Shown here piece after piece: positions 24,821 through 37,922 of a stretch of DNA of 64,000 nt; position 1 is the stretch's first letter, and each line of letters begins with the position of its first letter. A program made the position numbers and the translations under genes. Below the pieces are notes generated by a model. The model did not search any database, was not told the origin of the DNA, and saw only the letters and a list, made by a program, of their open reading frames with translations. The DNA is from Camelus ferus (Eukaryota): the NCBI RefSeq assembly GCF_009834535.1, contig NC_045697.1:78990001-79054000 (forward strand). The letters are read 5' to 3'.

Positions 24821-26770
24821 CTTGACCATTTTAAATGCCTTGACATAATTTTCTTAAAATACCATTAATTAAATCTACTGAAATAATTTTAAGTTGTTGC
24901 TTAATATTAAAGAGTGTTTCTTTTTTCCAACCAGTTAATTTGGCATCATGTAGATGTAATTTTTAAACTGCCTTTACCATTTGTCTATTTTACAATCCTA
25001 TTCTGTTTTAAACTACATTTTAATGAAAATTCTAATCAGTATAATTAAATAATTTTGAGATTACGTTAGGAGAGAAACAGATTTGAACAAACAGGAATTC
25101 TGATCATTACAGTACAGGTTCTCACAGCCAAAGACAGGTTAGAGTGAAGGTTTCTCAGTCCATGTTTTCTCAAGAAAAGCAAAAGTATGATAGTAAAAAA
25201 AATGCTCATCTCAACCTATGAACAACACATAAAATATACAAAAGGAAAAACTCTCCTTAGAAGTCAGTGAAGTATCTAAATATAATACTAAGAAGCTGCT
25301 CCAGCTAGCACTGAATGTAGCTTTTTTTTTGAATTTTGAGTTTTATATTTTTTAAAGGTGTTTCAACACACAAAATGGACCAGTCTGGCGAATTATATGT
25401 ACCTCTATTTATCCACAGAAAAATATAATTGAGCCAGCAACAAAACAGGCTCAAAAACCATGGTGCCAGCAAATCCTTGATCTTAAATTTAAGGAGAGAA
25501 GAAACAGACTCAAAGACAGTTGTTAAGGGATTCTGGCAGAATCTCTTCAGAGAGAGAAGTTAATAGGTGTAATAAATGACCCAGGGCACTGGTAGGAACA
25601 CATTATATAAATAAACTTAAGAAGAAGTTCTACAAAAAACTTGGACCCAAACAAATGTGAACCTGTAAGTTACAAATGCAAACTCAGGATGGCATGGCCT
25701 ATTAAAAGCTATTTGACCTGCCGTTCCTCTGCTCTTTTGTCAGTTATAGGAGTGTCCTCTTAAGCTGTCACTTTTACAGATGTAAGCAAAATAATTTTAT
25801 AAAGGGATATTTTGTCTTACTAAACACTGCCCCCAGTACATAGTCCAGATTTCCCTCTTAGCATGAAGGAAAAGTGAATGAATATTGGAGCAGAAGGTTT
25901 ACATTAGAGTTTTTATTTAAATTATCATTACCGTGGGCTCTTAAATCACCTAATGATTCGTTTGCTTTGCAAACCTAAAACAGAACTTTTTAAGATAAAC
26001 TTTAACTTGCTACAAATCATAAAATTATTTCCATATAAAGTCTGTTTATTAAATGTGTTAAACTGTTATATGGTCCCTTTAAATTTATGGAAAGGCAAAG
26101 AATTGCTTGGAGGAATACCTGCAAAAGCAATACACATCATAAAAACATCTTTTATACTATAAAAATAGAGAGTACACCAGGAATATCCAAGGCTGGAAAC
26201 TGAATTACTAAGTCTAACATGAGCCAAGATGATCTCATTTTATGTGAAGCCATCCTTAAAGGCAAAGATTACAGCCTTAAACTTTATCTATTAGACTTTC
26301 ATTATTTTGGCTAATTCTAAGAGGAGGCATTTCAGACTTCTTCATCTCCTGATTACAAGGAATTTAATGACTGATTGGGGTTCAACAGCATACAGCCCTT
26401 TCCCTACTTTTGGATGCAAACAAATTCCTAGAAAAGATATGATTACAAATTACCATAGTTCCCAGCAAAAGATCACAAGGTTAATGTTTTAGCATCTGTA
26501 GGATATACCTGTTAATTGTAGAGATTTTAGCTGTAGACACAACCATAGCCCTCCCTGAAAGGAACTATATATGGCCAGTTTAGCTTTGTAACACCTTGAA
26601 ATTGGCACATTAAGCTATGAGGAAAATTATTAGACACAAATGCCCTGTTTCTGCCAAACAACAAATATTCCCTAAGTAAAGCTGTGCTGCTACACTAAAA
26701 ACCAGACAATATTTTTTTCCTATGACAATCTCTGTAGGAATTAACAACAGAAGGAATTCTCTTCACTCAC

Positions 26771-26823
26771 ATATATATTATATATATATATAATATATAT
26801 ATAAATATATATAATATATATAT
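26771..26823. repeat. Imperfect (AT)n microsatellite
   Basis: About 50 bp of pure A/T alternating sequence. Confidence 0.9.
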
Positions 26824-27619
26824 TCCTCCATGACTTCACTTCATTGGTGCATGTCAGAGGATTACCAGTCTCAAAGAAAATATCACTTCAGAATATTTTA
26901 TGACAAGTCTCTAGCTTTTGAGTCTGCGGTAATTAGAGATTGATTTTCTTTTCATATCTTCACAACCACAGGTAAAAGTGAAATCATACTTAACCTCCTG
27001 CTACTTGTCAAGTCAAATACCCATGAACAAACACAACAGAGAGTAAGCAGTACAGTCGTCCTTCAGAATGTTTTCTTGTAAATAGATTTGCCACCCTAAT
27101 TTATTAATTTAATTGCAACAAGGAATATATTTATCTGATTACATCATGAGGTTATAATGAAAATTAAGCACTTACAAGTCTCTAAAGAATCCTTATCTCT
27201 TTGGATACAAAAACTAGCCAACATCTAAAATATCTTCCATTTATGTCATACAAGTTTCATAGGCAATAAAGACAACATTACACATAGCTGTCTTGAGGCA
27301 GTGACTGGTTTTTCACTACTGATGAGGAACAAAGGAAAAAATATTTGTAACATGCTTCAACTGGATATTACAGAAGCTGAGTATTACTCTAAACAAAACT
27401 GATCCTTGAAGTGGATAGATTCTTCTCATTGCTATCATTTTTTGAGAGGTATGGCATACTGCCAAGTAAAATACATATTTAAATGAAGTAATGCAAGAAA
27501 AATGATGAATTACATAGTTTGTATTTTACAAATACAATTTGATATATATGTGCTCTCTTTGTCAAGATCTTGAAAGGAGAATAAAATGCAAACTAAAGTT
27601 TAATTAATGTCTAAGACAC

Positions 27620-27830
27620 ACTTTCACTTACTATCTCACTTAATCCTCAGAAATAATCATACACTATAGATACTATTATCCCCATTTTCCAGGATGATGA
27701 TTAAAACTCTGATGTTCAGTGACTTACCCAAGTATAAGTTATAAAGCTAGCAATCGATGGAATCTGATTTTGAACCCAGGATTTGATATGCCAAACCAAC
27801 GTTCTTTCCGTTACACCATGTTGCCTCCTT
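27620..27830 (-). mobile_element. MIR SINE
   Basis: tctcacttaatcctcag ... tattatccccattttccagg ... gtgacttacccaag ... tttgaacccagg. Confidence 0.8.
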
Positions 27831-28334
27831 ACACAACACTCAATATTCTTTTCAGCTGAAAGACAATACTGAGAAAAGCTCAGCATATGACTCAACATAC
27901 GACTCTGGGGTACTTGTGTGGATTTCCAACTTATGAGGTTCGGTGAGAGATAGGGAAGCAGCCAGGAGAGCAGTAGTAAATCCTTAAGTGTCATTCAACA
28001 GAAAACACCCCAGAGCCATTCATTTTAACCTTGGCAAAGGTGTATTGACTTTTGGTTTAGTTCCCTTTTCTGGATTTCATTAAAAGATAGTGCATGTGTA
28101 AATCAAAAAATACAAGAAGAATGAAAATTGAAAAAAAATAAAAACCCTGGGCAAGTAAAGGAGGCCAGTATTTAGTTTATAAATGCAATATTCTTTATAA
28201 AATAAATTCTTTCTGACACAGTTATGTAATTTATGTAAATTAAACTTTAAGTTCCTTGAAGGAATTAATTACTCAAAGGAATACTTTGGTGTAATTTTTG
28301 TAAGCAAATATTAATCTTGAACATAGCTGTCTGT

Positions 28335-28597
28335 AGGCAATATAGCACAATGCCTGACAGCAGGGACTTCAGAGCCAGACTTCCCAGGATTTAATTCTGA
28401 CTCTGTTTACCAGCCATGTAGGCTTGAGTTAAGTTACCAACCTCTCTGTATCTCAGTTTCCTCATTTGTAAAATAAAGGGCTGCTAAAAATAGTATCCAT
28501 CTCAAGAGTTATTGTAAGAGCTAAAATGAATAAAAATACACATTAAGTACTGGGAACCGTAAGTACTGGCACATAGTAAGTATTAAACATGTTAACT
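28335..28597 (+). mobile_element. Near full-length MIR SINE
   Basis: ggacttcagagccagacttcccagg ... aacctctctgtatctcagtttcctcatttgtaaaat ... ctggcacatagtaagtatt. Confidence 0.9.
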
Positions 28598-29374
28598 AAA
28601 AATACCTACATTGTTTAGAACAATGTAGATCTCTTTTACAAATTGCTGTTTATTTGGAATCTGAATAAACATTGATGATAAAGATGATGATCATAATGTA
28701 AAATTATCATAACCATTTAACTACATTATTGATCATTATATTGGATAGTTATTTGAGTCAAAGCTAAATTTCTGTCTTAAAGACCCAGGTAAACCAGTTT
28801 TCAGATACATGGGTAAAAGTATTAAGGAATGCATAAGTAGGACTATAGGTTGAAATAAATAAAGATATAGATAGATAAACAGATAGATTGGAATTATATA
28901 CTTACAAATATAGAGATACACACAATAGGTATTTTTTTAAAAGATCGTAATGATACAGAAACAAACCTGACCACTGAAGTGCAATAACCATTTGCCCACC
29001 TGAGCATTCCAAGACCTTGTTGACTCCTAAAACTTTGTTCCCGCCCAGATGCCAAAATGTCTGAAGTTCTACTTGCAATAAAAGACTCATGTTATTGAAT
29101 AAAGTTCATTCAATTCCTTTTTTTAAAAAACAAAACTACTTACAAGAAGGGTTAGTCACACATAAATTAATTCAGTCATTAATTCAGTGACTGATCAGCT
29201 TCTCTTTTCTAGGAAATGAAGAAGCCCAAGGCAGAAGAGTTCAATCCTGTTTAGTACTCCGCTTAGAGAGGAAGAAGCAAGGGCAGACCCAGAAAGGAAT
29301 GAAGAGTAGGGGGCCCACTCAAAGAGCATAGGGCCAGCCCTAGACTGACTTTCTTCATTTCTTATCCTCTAAGC

Positions 29375-29589
29375 CAGGCTTGGAAAACTTTTTCTGTAAA
29401 GGGTCAGATAATAAATATTTCAGCTCTGCAGGTCACCCACAGTCTCTGCCACAGCTACTCAACTCTGCCATCATAGCACAAAAGCAGCTGAGATAATACT
29501 TAAACAGAAGGGCTGTGCTCCAGTAACTCTATTCACAAATACAGGCTGTGGCCAGATTTGGCCCTCAAGATGCAGTCTGCATACCTCTG
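29375..29589 (+). mobile_element. MER58A (hAT-Charlie MITE) with 8-bp TSD
   Basis: aaactttttctgtaaagggtcagataataaatatt ... gctactcaactctgcc ... ggccagatttggccc. Flanks ctctaagc (29367-29374) / ctctagac (29590-29597). Confidence 0.88.
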
Positions 29590-31167
29590 CTCTAGACCAG
29601 GAGCCACTCGAGATTTTCTGATAAAACCCCCTATCATATTGCCCACACACAAAATTTAATTAGTAATAAAGCAATGGAAAGTATTTCTGTGAAGAGAGTA
29701 AAAAGAGCATATATTAATATGTATAAATCTTTAATCTAAGTAAAATGCAGAGTAAACCCAAAACTGTGTTACAGTCTCTACATATAAACCCTGTAATAGA
29801 ACACAGAGGCCCTAGGTTGTCTCAAACTGATGTTCTGAAATTTGTGAAAGTCATTGTGGCTCAGTGTTTTCTTTTTCTGGAACCCTTCATATAGAGATTT
29901 CTCCATTTTAATAAATAAGGAAACAAACTTTAAAAAATGTTAAGAAACCCAAAGTAAATCTGGCAAATGGCAGATGATCAAAATACCAGACTGGTCTGAC
30001 TTCAAAGCCTGTGCTGAAAAAAGAGCTTATTTCCACTAATAGGAAAAGTGCTCTTCATTGGAGCCCATAAAGTAACACTGATAGCCTAAGCACTTATTAT
30101 GGGTAAAGCAGGATATTGCAGCAGGGTTTCCACTCTGGAGGTTCTTGATAAGCAACCCATAATAGTATCAGAACTCTAATATTACTGTTGGATATTTCAA
30201 GAAAATGTAGAATATTTACACTCAACCTATATTTTTGTTACCCTAAATATTTCAAACAATTATTTTATTTTGGATAAGTTGAATACTGGTGTTCGGAGTT
30301 AAGTTGTGTTAATATTTAATTTAAAGCTATATATTAATAAAGATATGTCCTAGAAGGGGGAATCTATTTAAATTTTGTTAAACACCAGGGGAAAACATAA
30401 TTGGTGAATTCAATTCAAAACATTTATTGGGCTTTTACTCAAATAACTTTAAACATGTATATAAATTAAATGGCAAAATTTCATAAAGTAAATCTTAAAA
30501 GAATAATCAGGAAAGGCAGACAGACTTTAACTTAAAGAATTGCTTTTTACAAAAGAGCCACTAGTGATAATTCACACAGTGAAACATATGGCATCACAGT
30601 GTACATTTTATTTATAAGGGATTAGTTGGTTATATCCTAAGAATAAATACAATGCACTTCAGATTTTACCTAGGCTGCCGAGATTATATTATGACACTGA
30701 TTTCTGTATCTGTCATCATACTGTAACCTTAAAATGTATTGCTGACCTAGTATAAACTGTCTTACATCTTTGAGTAGTGCCATTCTAGCACTAAGACTGC
30801 AAAACAATCAAGGCAAAAAGATTGCAATTTATTATTACTGAAATTCTGAAAAACAATTCCAATTTTATATCATTTCTTCTTGATATTCAGATAGTTTCTA
30901 TTTACTAAATTAAGCACATTCTCTATAGGACTTCTAAAAACATGATTGTAGGAATTCAGTAATGACAAGGTAGGTAATTTGGACAAATGCTTGGCTAGAA
31001 AAACTAAACAAAATATAAAAAATAATTCTCCAAGGAACTGAAAAGCAAAAAAATAGTGAAAAATAACCAGGACAAGATTTGGGGAGATTGAGGACCAAGG
31101 AGTTGAGCCTAGTATTTGAAAACTTATTCTCTGAGGAAACTGACAAATCCATAAGGGGCAACTCAGT

Positions 31168-31350
31168 GGGGAGGGTATAGCTCTGTGGTAGAGCATGCAT
31201 TTAGTGTGCACAAGGTCCTGGGTTCAATCCCCAGTACCTCCAATAAAAAACAAACAAACAAACAAATTTAATTCCCCCCCCCTAAAAAAAAAAACAAAAA
31301 ACCAAAAAAGCCCTGCTCCAGTCACTACATCCTAAAAGCAGAACAAATAG
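31168..31350 (+). mobile_element. Camelid-type tRNA-derived SINE with TSD
   Basis: ggggagggtatagctctgtggtagagcatgcatttagtgtgcacaaggtcctgggttcaatccccagtacctcc. A box 31178-31188, B box 31221-31230, A-rich tail. TSD aaggggcaactcagt at 31153-31167 and 31351-31365. Confidence 0.92.
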
Positions 31351-31519
31351 AAGGGGCAACTCAGTGGCTAAGAAGCTGAACAGTGCTACCAACAGTCTTG
31401 TAAAGCTAGAAGGGATTGGAGTCCAGGGGTATTCGCTTTCTTCTGGTTAGTGTTCGTGTGCATGACATATCTGAATTTAAACTCAAATTAATTAGTATTT
31501 ACATTAAGTGAAAAATAAA

Positions 31520-33785
31520 TTTAATTTCAATTAAGAGAAAAAGATCATCAGATTGAATTTTTTTTTAATATTATATGCTACTGTAGACATGCCTAAAGCA
31601 AAAAGATACAGAATGCTAAAAGTAAAAGAATGCTAAAAGAGACCATGCAACTCCAACCAAAAAATAACATAGTATAATATAGTAATATAAAACAGCAGAT
31701 TTGAAGGCATTACTAGAGATAAAACAGCACATTTCATAATGATAAAAATCTATCCCAACATGAAAATATATTTCTAAATTTGTACATGCATTACAACATA
31801 GCCTCGTAATACACAGAACAAAAATTCATAGTACTACAGGAACTAGGTAAATCTATAATCATAATGGAAGATCCCAACATATATGTTTTAGTAAGTATTA
31901 GAATAAACAGACAAAATATCAGTAAGAACTTAGAAAATTTGAATAATATTATTAATAAGCTTGAACTTATTGACAGAGAACATTGCCCTCAACAAGGGCA
32001 GAATATGCATTCTTTTTAAGCATGCATAACTCATTTATAAAAATTGACCGTCTTCTAAAACATAAGGCAAATTTCAATAAATTTTAATGAACTGAAATCT
32101 ACAGTATGTTTTCTGACCAATTAAGGTAAAATAAATGTTTTAAATTTTTAGGAAAAAAAATCCTACATTGGAAATTAATCAGTACACCCTAAATCATTTA
32201 CAGATTAAATATAATTCCAGTCAAAATCCTAGAAGGCTTTTGCTTTATTTTGTTTTATTTTTTTCTGCAGAATATGAAAAGCTTATCCTAAGTGTATATG
32301 AAGATAATGAAGGCCAAAATTTTCCTAATATCAAGATTTGTATAAAACTACATAATTAAAACAATGTGGTATTGGCATAAGGATGGGTAAACAGAATTAT
32401 GGAACAGAACACAGAGCCAGGGAACATTCACTCATTTGTGGAGAGTTGATTTTTAACAAAGATGGCATTGCAAAAGAGCTAAAAAGGATAATTTTTTTTC
32501 CAACAATTTGTGCTGATACAATTGAATGCCCTTGCAGAGAAAAAAGCTAAAACTGACCTTTACTTCATACCATGTACAAAAGTATGATAGGCAAATTATA
32601 CTAGATTCTAAAAGATAATATTATGGAATATATTTATAACCTTGGGGTAGAGAAAGACTTCTTAAACAGAACAGAAAAACCGTGGAAGAAAGGGGTGATA
32701 AATTGGACTAAATTAAATCTAATCTAATAAAAGATCATGAAAGAAAAGATTCATAAATTGGATGACATTAAATTCAAAACTTCTGTTTTTCAAAATACAC
32801 CACGAAGAGGGTGAAAAGGCAAGCCACAAACTGGGGAAGATAACTATAATAAATATAATGAGCAACAGACTCAGATCCACAACAATTAATAAGAAAAAGT
32901 CAATGTAATAGTAATATGGGTAAGAGACTTAGACAAGTGCTTCACTGAAGAGGATATCTAAATGGTTCATAAATATGAAAAGGGCTCAACATCATAAGTA
33001 ATTAGGGAGTGGAAATTAAAGTTACCAAGAGACACCACAACATCCCCCCAGAATGGCCAGAATGAAAACATTTGATAATATCAGTATTTGAAAGTATGTG
33101 GAACATTGAGAATTCTAACACTGATGGTAGGAGTAATGGTAGTAGAAATAATATGGAAAAGAGTTTAGAGCTATCTTTTAAATTTAAAGATATGTTTACC
33201 TTGGGACCTACCATTTCCACTCCTACATATATAACCAACAATAAATGTGTGTACATGTTCTCAAGAGACATATTCAAGAATGTTCATGGCAATATTTTTC
33301 ATAATATAAAAAACTGGAAACAGCACAAATTTCAATCAATGAAAAATGATAGAACACGATAGATTCACACAATGGAATTCTATGCAACAATAAAAATGAG
33401 TAAGCTTCACTAAGACAACATGAATGATTCTTACAAACAAATCTATTGACATAAAATCAGATACAAAAGAACTTGTCAGTTTAACTTACATAAAGTTTTT
33501 TAAATAGACTAAACTACAGGGATTATGGACATGTGCTTGAGTACATCTATAAAGAAAAGAAAGGAAATTATTTTATTAGGATATTAATTAACATTAGGAG
33601 GGATAGAGAGGGCAATGATTGGGAAGGAGTGTGGAAGGGGTCTTCGGGGGAGTGACAATATACAACTTCTTGACCTAAATGGGTTACCTGGATGTTCATT
33701 TTGCAATAAACCACTGAACTATGTTTTTATTTTCTGTACTATTCTATAGGTGTGTTATGTTTTACAATTAAAAAGTATTTTTAAT
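31520..33785 (+). mobile_element. Old LINE-1 (L1MC/L1ME-like) ORF2 remnants plus 3' UTR, with internal deletions
   Basis: Degenerate endonuclease-region sequence (31560-32130), taattaaaacaatgtggtattggcataagg, ttacttcataccatgtacaaaa, gcttcactgaagaggatatctaaatgg. ORF 33072-33362 is L1-like. Confidence 0.8.
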
Positions 33786-33939
33786 TACCTTCTGCATTAG
33801 AACTTATATTAAAATTCCAAATATTATTTTAATAGCTATCTGATATTACAGTGATGTGCTTGAAAATTAGTTAAAAATACTCATTCACCAAAGATTCACC
33901 AAGGATAGAGCCAAACAAATAACAGTAATAAAAGCAAAT

Positions 33940-34035
33940 ACAATATTAATAATGGCTAAGATATATAGCACTTACTACATGTCAGGCACTATTTCAAGCA
34001 CTTTGTGTATATTAACTCACTTAATCTCATAAGTC
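33940..34035 (-). mobile_element. MIR 3' fragment
   Basis: agcacttactacatgtcaggcactatttcaagcactttgtgtatattaactcacttaatctca. Confidence 0.8.
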
Positions 34036-35424
34036 CTATAGACATATAGAACAGAAATATCTGAATATATATTCTCTCTTCTAATCTGAATCATAGGATT
34101 ACTACTTGTGAAGAAATACATCACAAAGGAAAACAGCTCTGAATATACACTGCTCTCAGGAGTGCACCCTTTCCAAAAGTCATGGGTCAAAACAAACAAA
34201 CAAAAACACTTGTCAAGGAGTTTACGCCAATAAGTCAGGAAGAGATTAAGTGTTTTAAAAGAGATCAAGTCTGTCCATCAGCTAAGGGTGGAGCCAGTTA
34301 GGAAGCATTATAAATAAATGGTAAATTTAGCAGAAGATTTTTTAAAATTCAGATTATCTAACTAATCCACCCATTTTTGGACATTTCTTCTTTTACCTTA
34401 GACTCTTCAATGTTTGCATATAGGACACATTTCTTTTTAATTTTTAAGATCCCAATATAGTGTTGAAACAACTTTGTCTTAGATCAGCTAATATCCCAAA
34501 TGCAATCAAGCTGACCTTGTACTGTAGTAGTAATAAGAACTCCCATCAAATGCTCCATGGTTGGAAGGATGTGTTCAACCAAGCAGGACACCACTAAACA
34601 TGTAAACACTACAGTGTCTCTGAGTTGCTAGGAAGATATTTTGATCCTTTTTAAATTCTGAGATTAAAAGCTCACTGAGAATTGTGCTTTAGTTTGTGAT
34701 AACTTAAATATCCAGTCTACTATTTGATAAAATAACATCAGTTCCCATAGATACACAGAACAGCATGGTCAGCTAGGAGTTGGTTGACTATTTCACTTTT
34801 CAATTCTGTTTGTATATGGTGTAGACACACTGCTTGTTTGAACTCCCTGGCTCTCACAACATATTAAGTAACTGCAGGTATAGAAAACAATTCCTCCTGT
34901 AACTCTGATCAAAAAAGATCAGTGTGGGTCTTCTGCATGTTAATGCCACTATGGAGGCAGGATAATAGATACCCCTCAACATATGAAAAGTTTGTTTTGC
35001 TAACTTTGACTAAAAAGTTAGAGAACAGTTCTGTTTCATCTGGATTTACTGAAAAAGTTAAAAAAAATTATTAAGATTAAGCTGTGGTGATGCACACACA
35101 CAAGATAAAATCACTTTACCAAGGTCTACTTTTCTTAGTGAATTAAGTGATTTACATCAGGAAATAGTAATTTTCTTTTCTTTTTTCTCTTTACAAATAG
35201 TAATAAAACCATTTTTACAATGTAAATATTACAGTGATACAATAGAAACTCTTAACGTTAACAAGTTATTAAATTGCATTTCTTTAACAATCAGAATGCT
35301 GTATGGTATAATCCAACTTTTTAATAAATTGATAGACTTAATTTAAATGGAAAGGTTTAGGATACAATCCTGAGTATGCATTCATCAATTCAGCACTGAG
35401 TTATATTTGGGAAACCCTACTATA

Positions 35425-36672
35425 TATTTTTAAGTAAACGTTTATTCTGAGATAACTGTAGATCACAAGCAGTTGTAAGTAATAATATAGAGAGAGCTCA
35501 TATACCACTTACATGTTTTGCCTAATGGTAACATCTTGCAAGACTGTTTAGTATAATATTACAGCCAGGATAGTGATATTCACATAATCAAGATGCAGGC
35601 CATTTCCATTATCACAAGGATTTCTCCTGTTGCCCTTGTATAGCCACACCCACTTCCCCTCTGCCCTTCCCCCATGCTAAACGAGTGCAACTACTAATCT
35701 ATTCACCTCTATAATTCTGTCATTCAAGAACAAACATACCTCAGAGATATTGTGGGGTTCACCTCCAAACTATGAAATAAAGTAAGTATCACAATAAAGC
35801 AAGTTATATGAATTTTGGGGTTTCCCAGTACATGTAAAAGTTATGTTTACACTATACTGTAGTTCAATAAATGTTCAATAGCACTATGTCTAAAAAAAAA
35901 AAGTAGTATCTTAATTTTAAAAAATACTTCATTGCTAAAAAATACTAACCATCATCTGAGCCTTAAAAAAAGCAAGTCATCATAGTAACACCAATGATCA
36001 CTGATCACAGATCACCATAACAAATACAATAATAATGAAAAAGTTTGAAATATTGCGAGGATTACCAGAACGTGACACAAGGACCCAAAGTGAGCAAATA
36101 CTGTTGGGAAAATGGCACTAATAGTCTCGCTCAATGCAGCTGCCACAAACTTCCAATTTGTAAAAAACAAAACAAAACAAAACAAACCTCACACACACAA
36201 AAACTCAATACCTGTGAAGCACAATAAAACAAGGTGTGCCTGTAATTGGAATCATACTGTACATAACCTTTTGGGATTGGCTTTCTCACCCAGCATAATT
36301 CTCTCAAGATTCATCTGGGTTGTTGCGTATGTCAGTGGATTGTTCTCTTTATGATTGAGTAGCATGGTACTAACGTACCGCAATATGTTTAACTACTCAC
36401 CTGTTGAAGGACATCTGGGTTATCGCTAGTTTTTGGCTGTTTACACATATAAGGCTGCTATAAACATCACGCACAGGTTTTTGCATAAACAGAAATTTTT
36501 ATTTCTCTGGGATAAATGCCCAGAAGTGTAATCACTGGGTCATATTGTAGTTGGATGTTTAGTTTTTTAAGAAAACTGCCAAAATGTTTTCCGAAGTGGC
36601 TATACCATTTTACATTCCCACCAGTAGTGTATGGGTGCTTCACTTCCTCCACATCCTGGCCAGCATTTGGTG
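35425..36672 (-). mobile_element. LINE-1 (L1MB/L1MC-like) 3' part, split by a Tigger1 derivative
   Basis: Reverse L1 3'UTR (tttattctgagataactgtagatcac...). ORF 36467-36652(-) is L1 ORF2 C-terminal (GGNVKWYSHFGK...LQYDPVITLLGIYPREIK). Confidence 0.85.
35731..36242. mobile_element. Internally deleted Tigger1 (Tigger1a-like) TcMar DNA transposon
   Basis: Terminal inverted repeats caaacatacctc...aaggtgtgcctg followed by TA. Internal Tigger1 segments aaagttatgtttacactatactgtag and gaaaaagtttgaaatattgcgag. Confidence 0.85.
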
Positions 36673-37903
36673 AACCTGACTCTAATTTTTAATGCCAGTA
36701 TACTGCTAGGATGCAAATATTTAGACAATGTATTTGTGTAGTTCCATTTCCTTATAAAATGATTTGTTCAATTACAGATAAATAAAAGATGGCCAGTTAC
36801 TTAAAAAAAATAATAAGAATAAAAATTGAAACCAATAAGTTAGGTAACAACTACATATACTATATTAATTCACGTGGTTCTCGAATGTAATTTTTAGGAG
36901 TCAATGACCTACTTATCCCCCATAAAAAAAATGCTCTTGACAAGCTCATCTTCACCAACCACATCTAAGTTTACAACTTTACCAACAGTTTGTTGTGTTT
37001 TTTTGGGTAAAAAAAATCAGCCAAAAGAAATCAACCTATCAGCAATGAATAGATGGCTAAAAACAGCATTGTCACATGCATTTACTTCATTCTTTTTCTT
37101 TCTTCCTTTTTTTTTCAGATCTATTTTCTTTTTGCTTCAGATTATTCATCTAAACCAGTGTTACCTCTCAAACACAATTGTTCACAAAGTGTTGCTAATC
37201 ATTTGAAAAGACTCAGGGTAAAAATGTCATAATCCATCTTGACTCTACTCACTATCTTAAGAAATCCATAGGATTATATGCCTATTCAGTTATTTAGGGA
37301 GTTAAACCCAGGCTTATGTATAATAAAAGCTTGCTAAAATGTCTTTTGTCCTTTACTGGAATACACAGTTTCACATGCAAAACAGAGAAGCAGGAAGCAA
37401 TCACAGGAAGAGGAAAGATAGCACTACAAACTGAGAATAACCAGAACTTGTTCTCTTGTGTTTTGAGTTAGCCTCTGCTTTCCATACCTTGGGAGGCATC
37501 AAATTAAAAGAATGTGACTTGGACCACAAAAAAAAGAGTAACCACATAGATTTACAGGCATGCTCATAAGTCCCTGTAGTTGCATAGCTCCAGGCAGAAG
37601 GTTTATGTTCATTTAAGAGTGGAAAATTTTCAAGTTCTTCCAGAAGCACCATCTGTTTCTACTGGCTGGTCTCAGTTTGAATTATTTATTACAGTAATCT
37701 CAGATTTATCAGGTTAACCTTTGGATTGCCTCCTAAAAATAACTATGGAATATTTACAATTTTTTGAGTAATATAGTAGAATATAAAAATTAATTTTACC
37801 TTTTTATTGAAAGAACTTTAAGGTCTTTATCATAATTTAAAAAAAAGAAATATACATATAGTTTATTACATTTAATAGGTTTGATCCCTACAGATATATA
37901 ATT

Positions 37904-37922
37904 GGTCCACAAGATGGCGCTA
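37904..37922 (+). promoter_or_regulatory. CTCF motif (forward), overlapping a YY1-like CAAGATGGCG
   Basis: GGTCCACAAGATGGCGCTA vs consensus TGGCCACCAGGGGGCGCTA; isolated GC-rich word in AT-rich unique DNA. Confidence 0.65.

Noticed and set aside
27316..27385. TGATGA...CTGA resembling a C/D snoRNA
   Set aside because: C box lacks the leading purine, the terminal stem is only ~3 bp, and no guide complementarity is recognisable.
28967..29068. 102-nt minus-strand exon-like segment (tag|AACTTCAG...GGTCAG|gtttgt), open in two frames
   Set aside because: Weak acceptor and donor, unrecognised peptides, and no partner exons.
31168..31241. tRNA-like sequence with A and B boxes
   Set aside because: Followed by an A-rich tail and flanked by a TSD, so it is a SINE rather than a tRNA gene.
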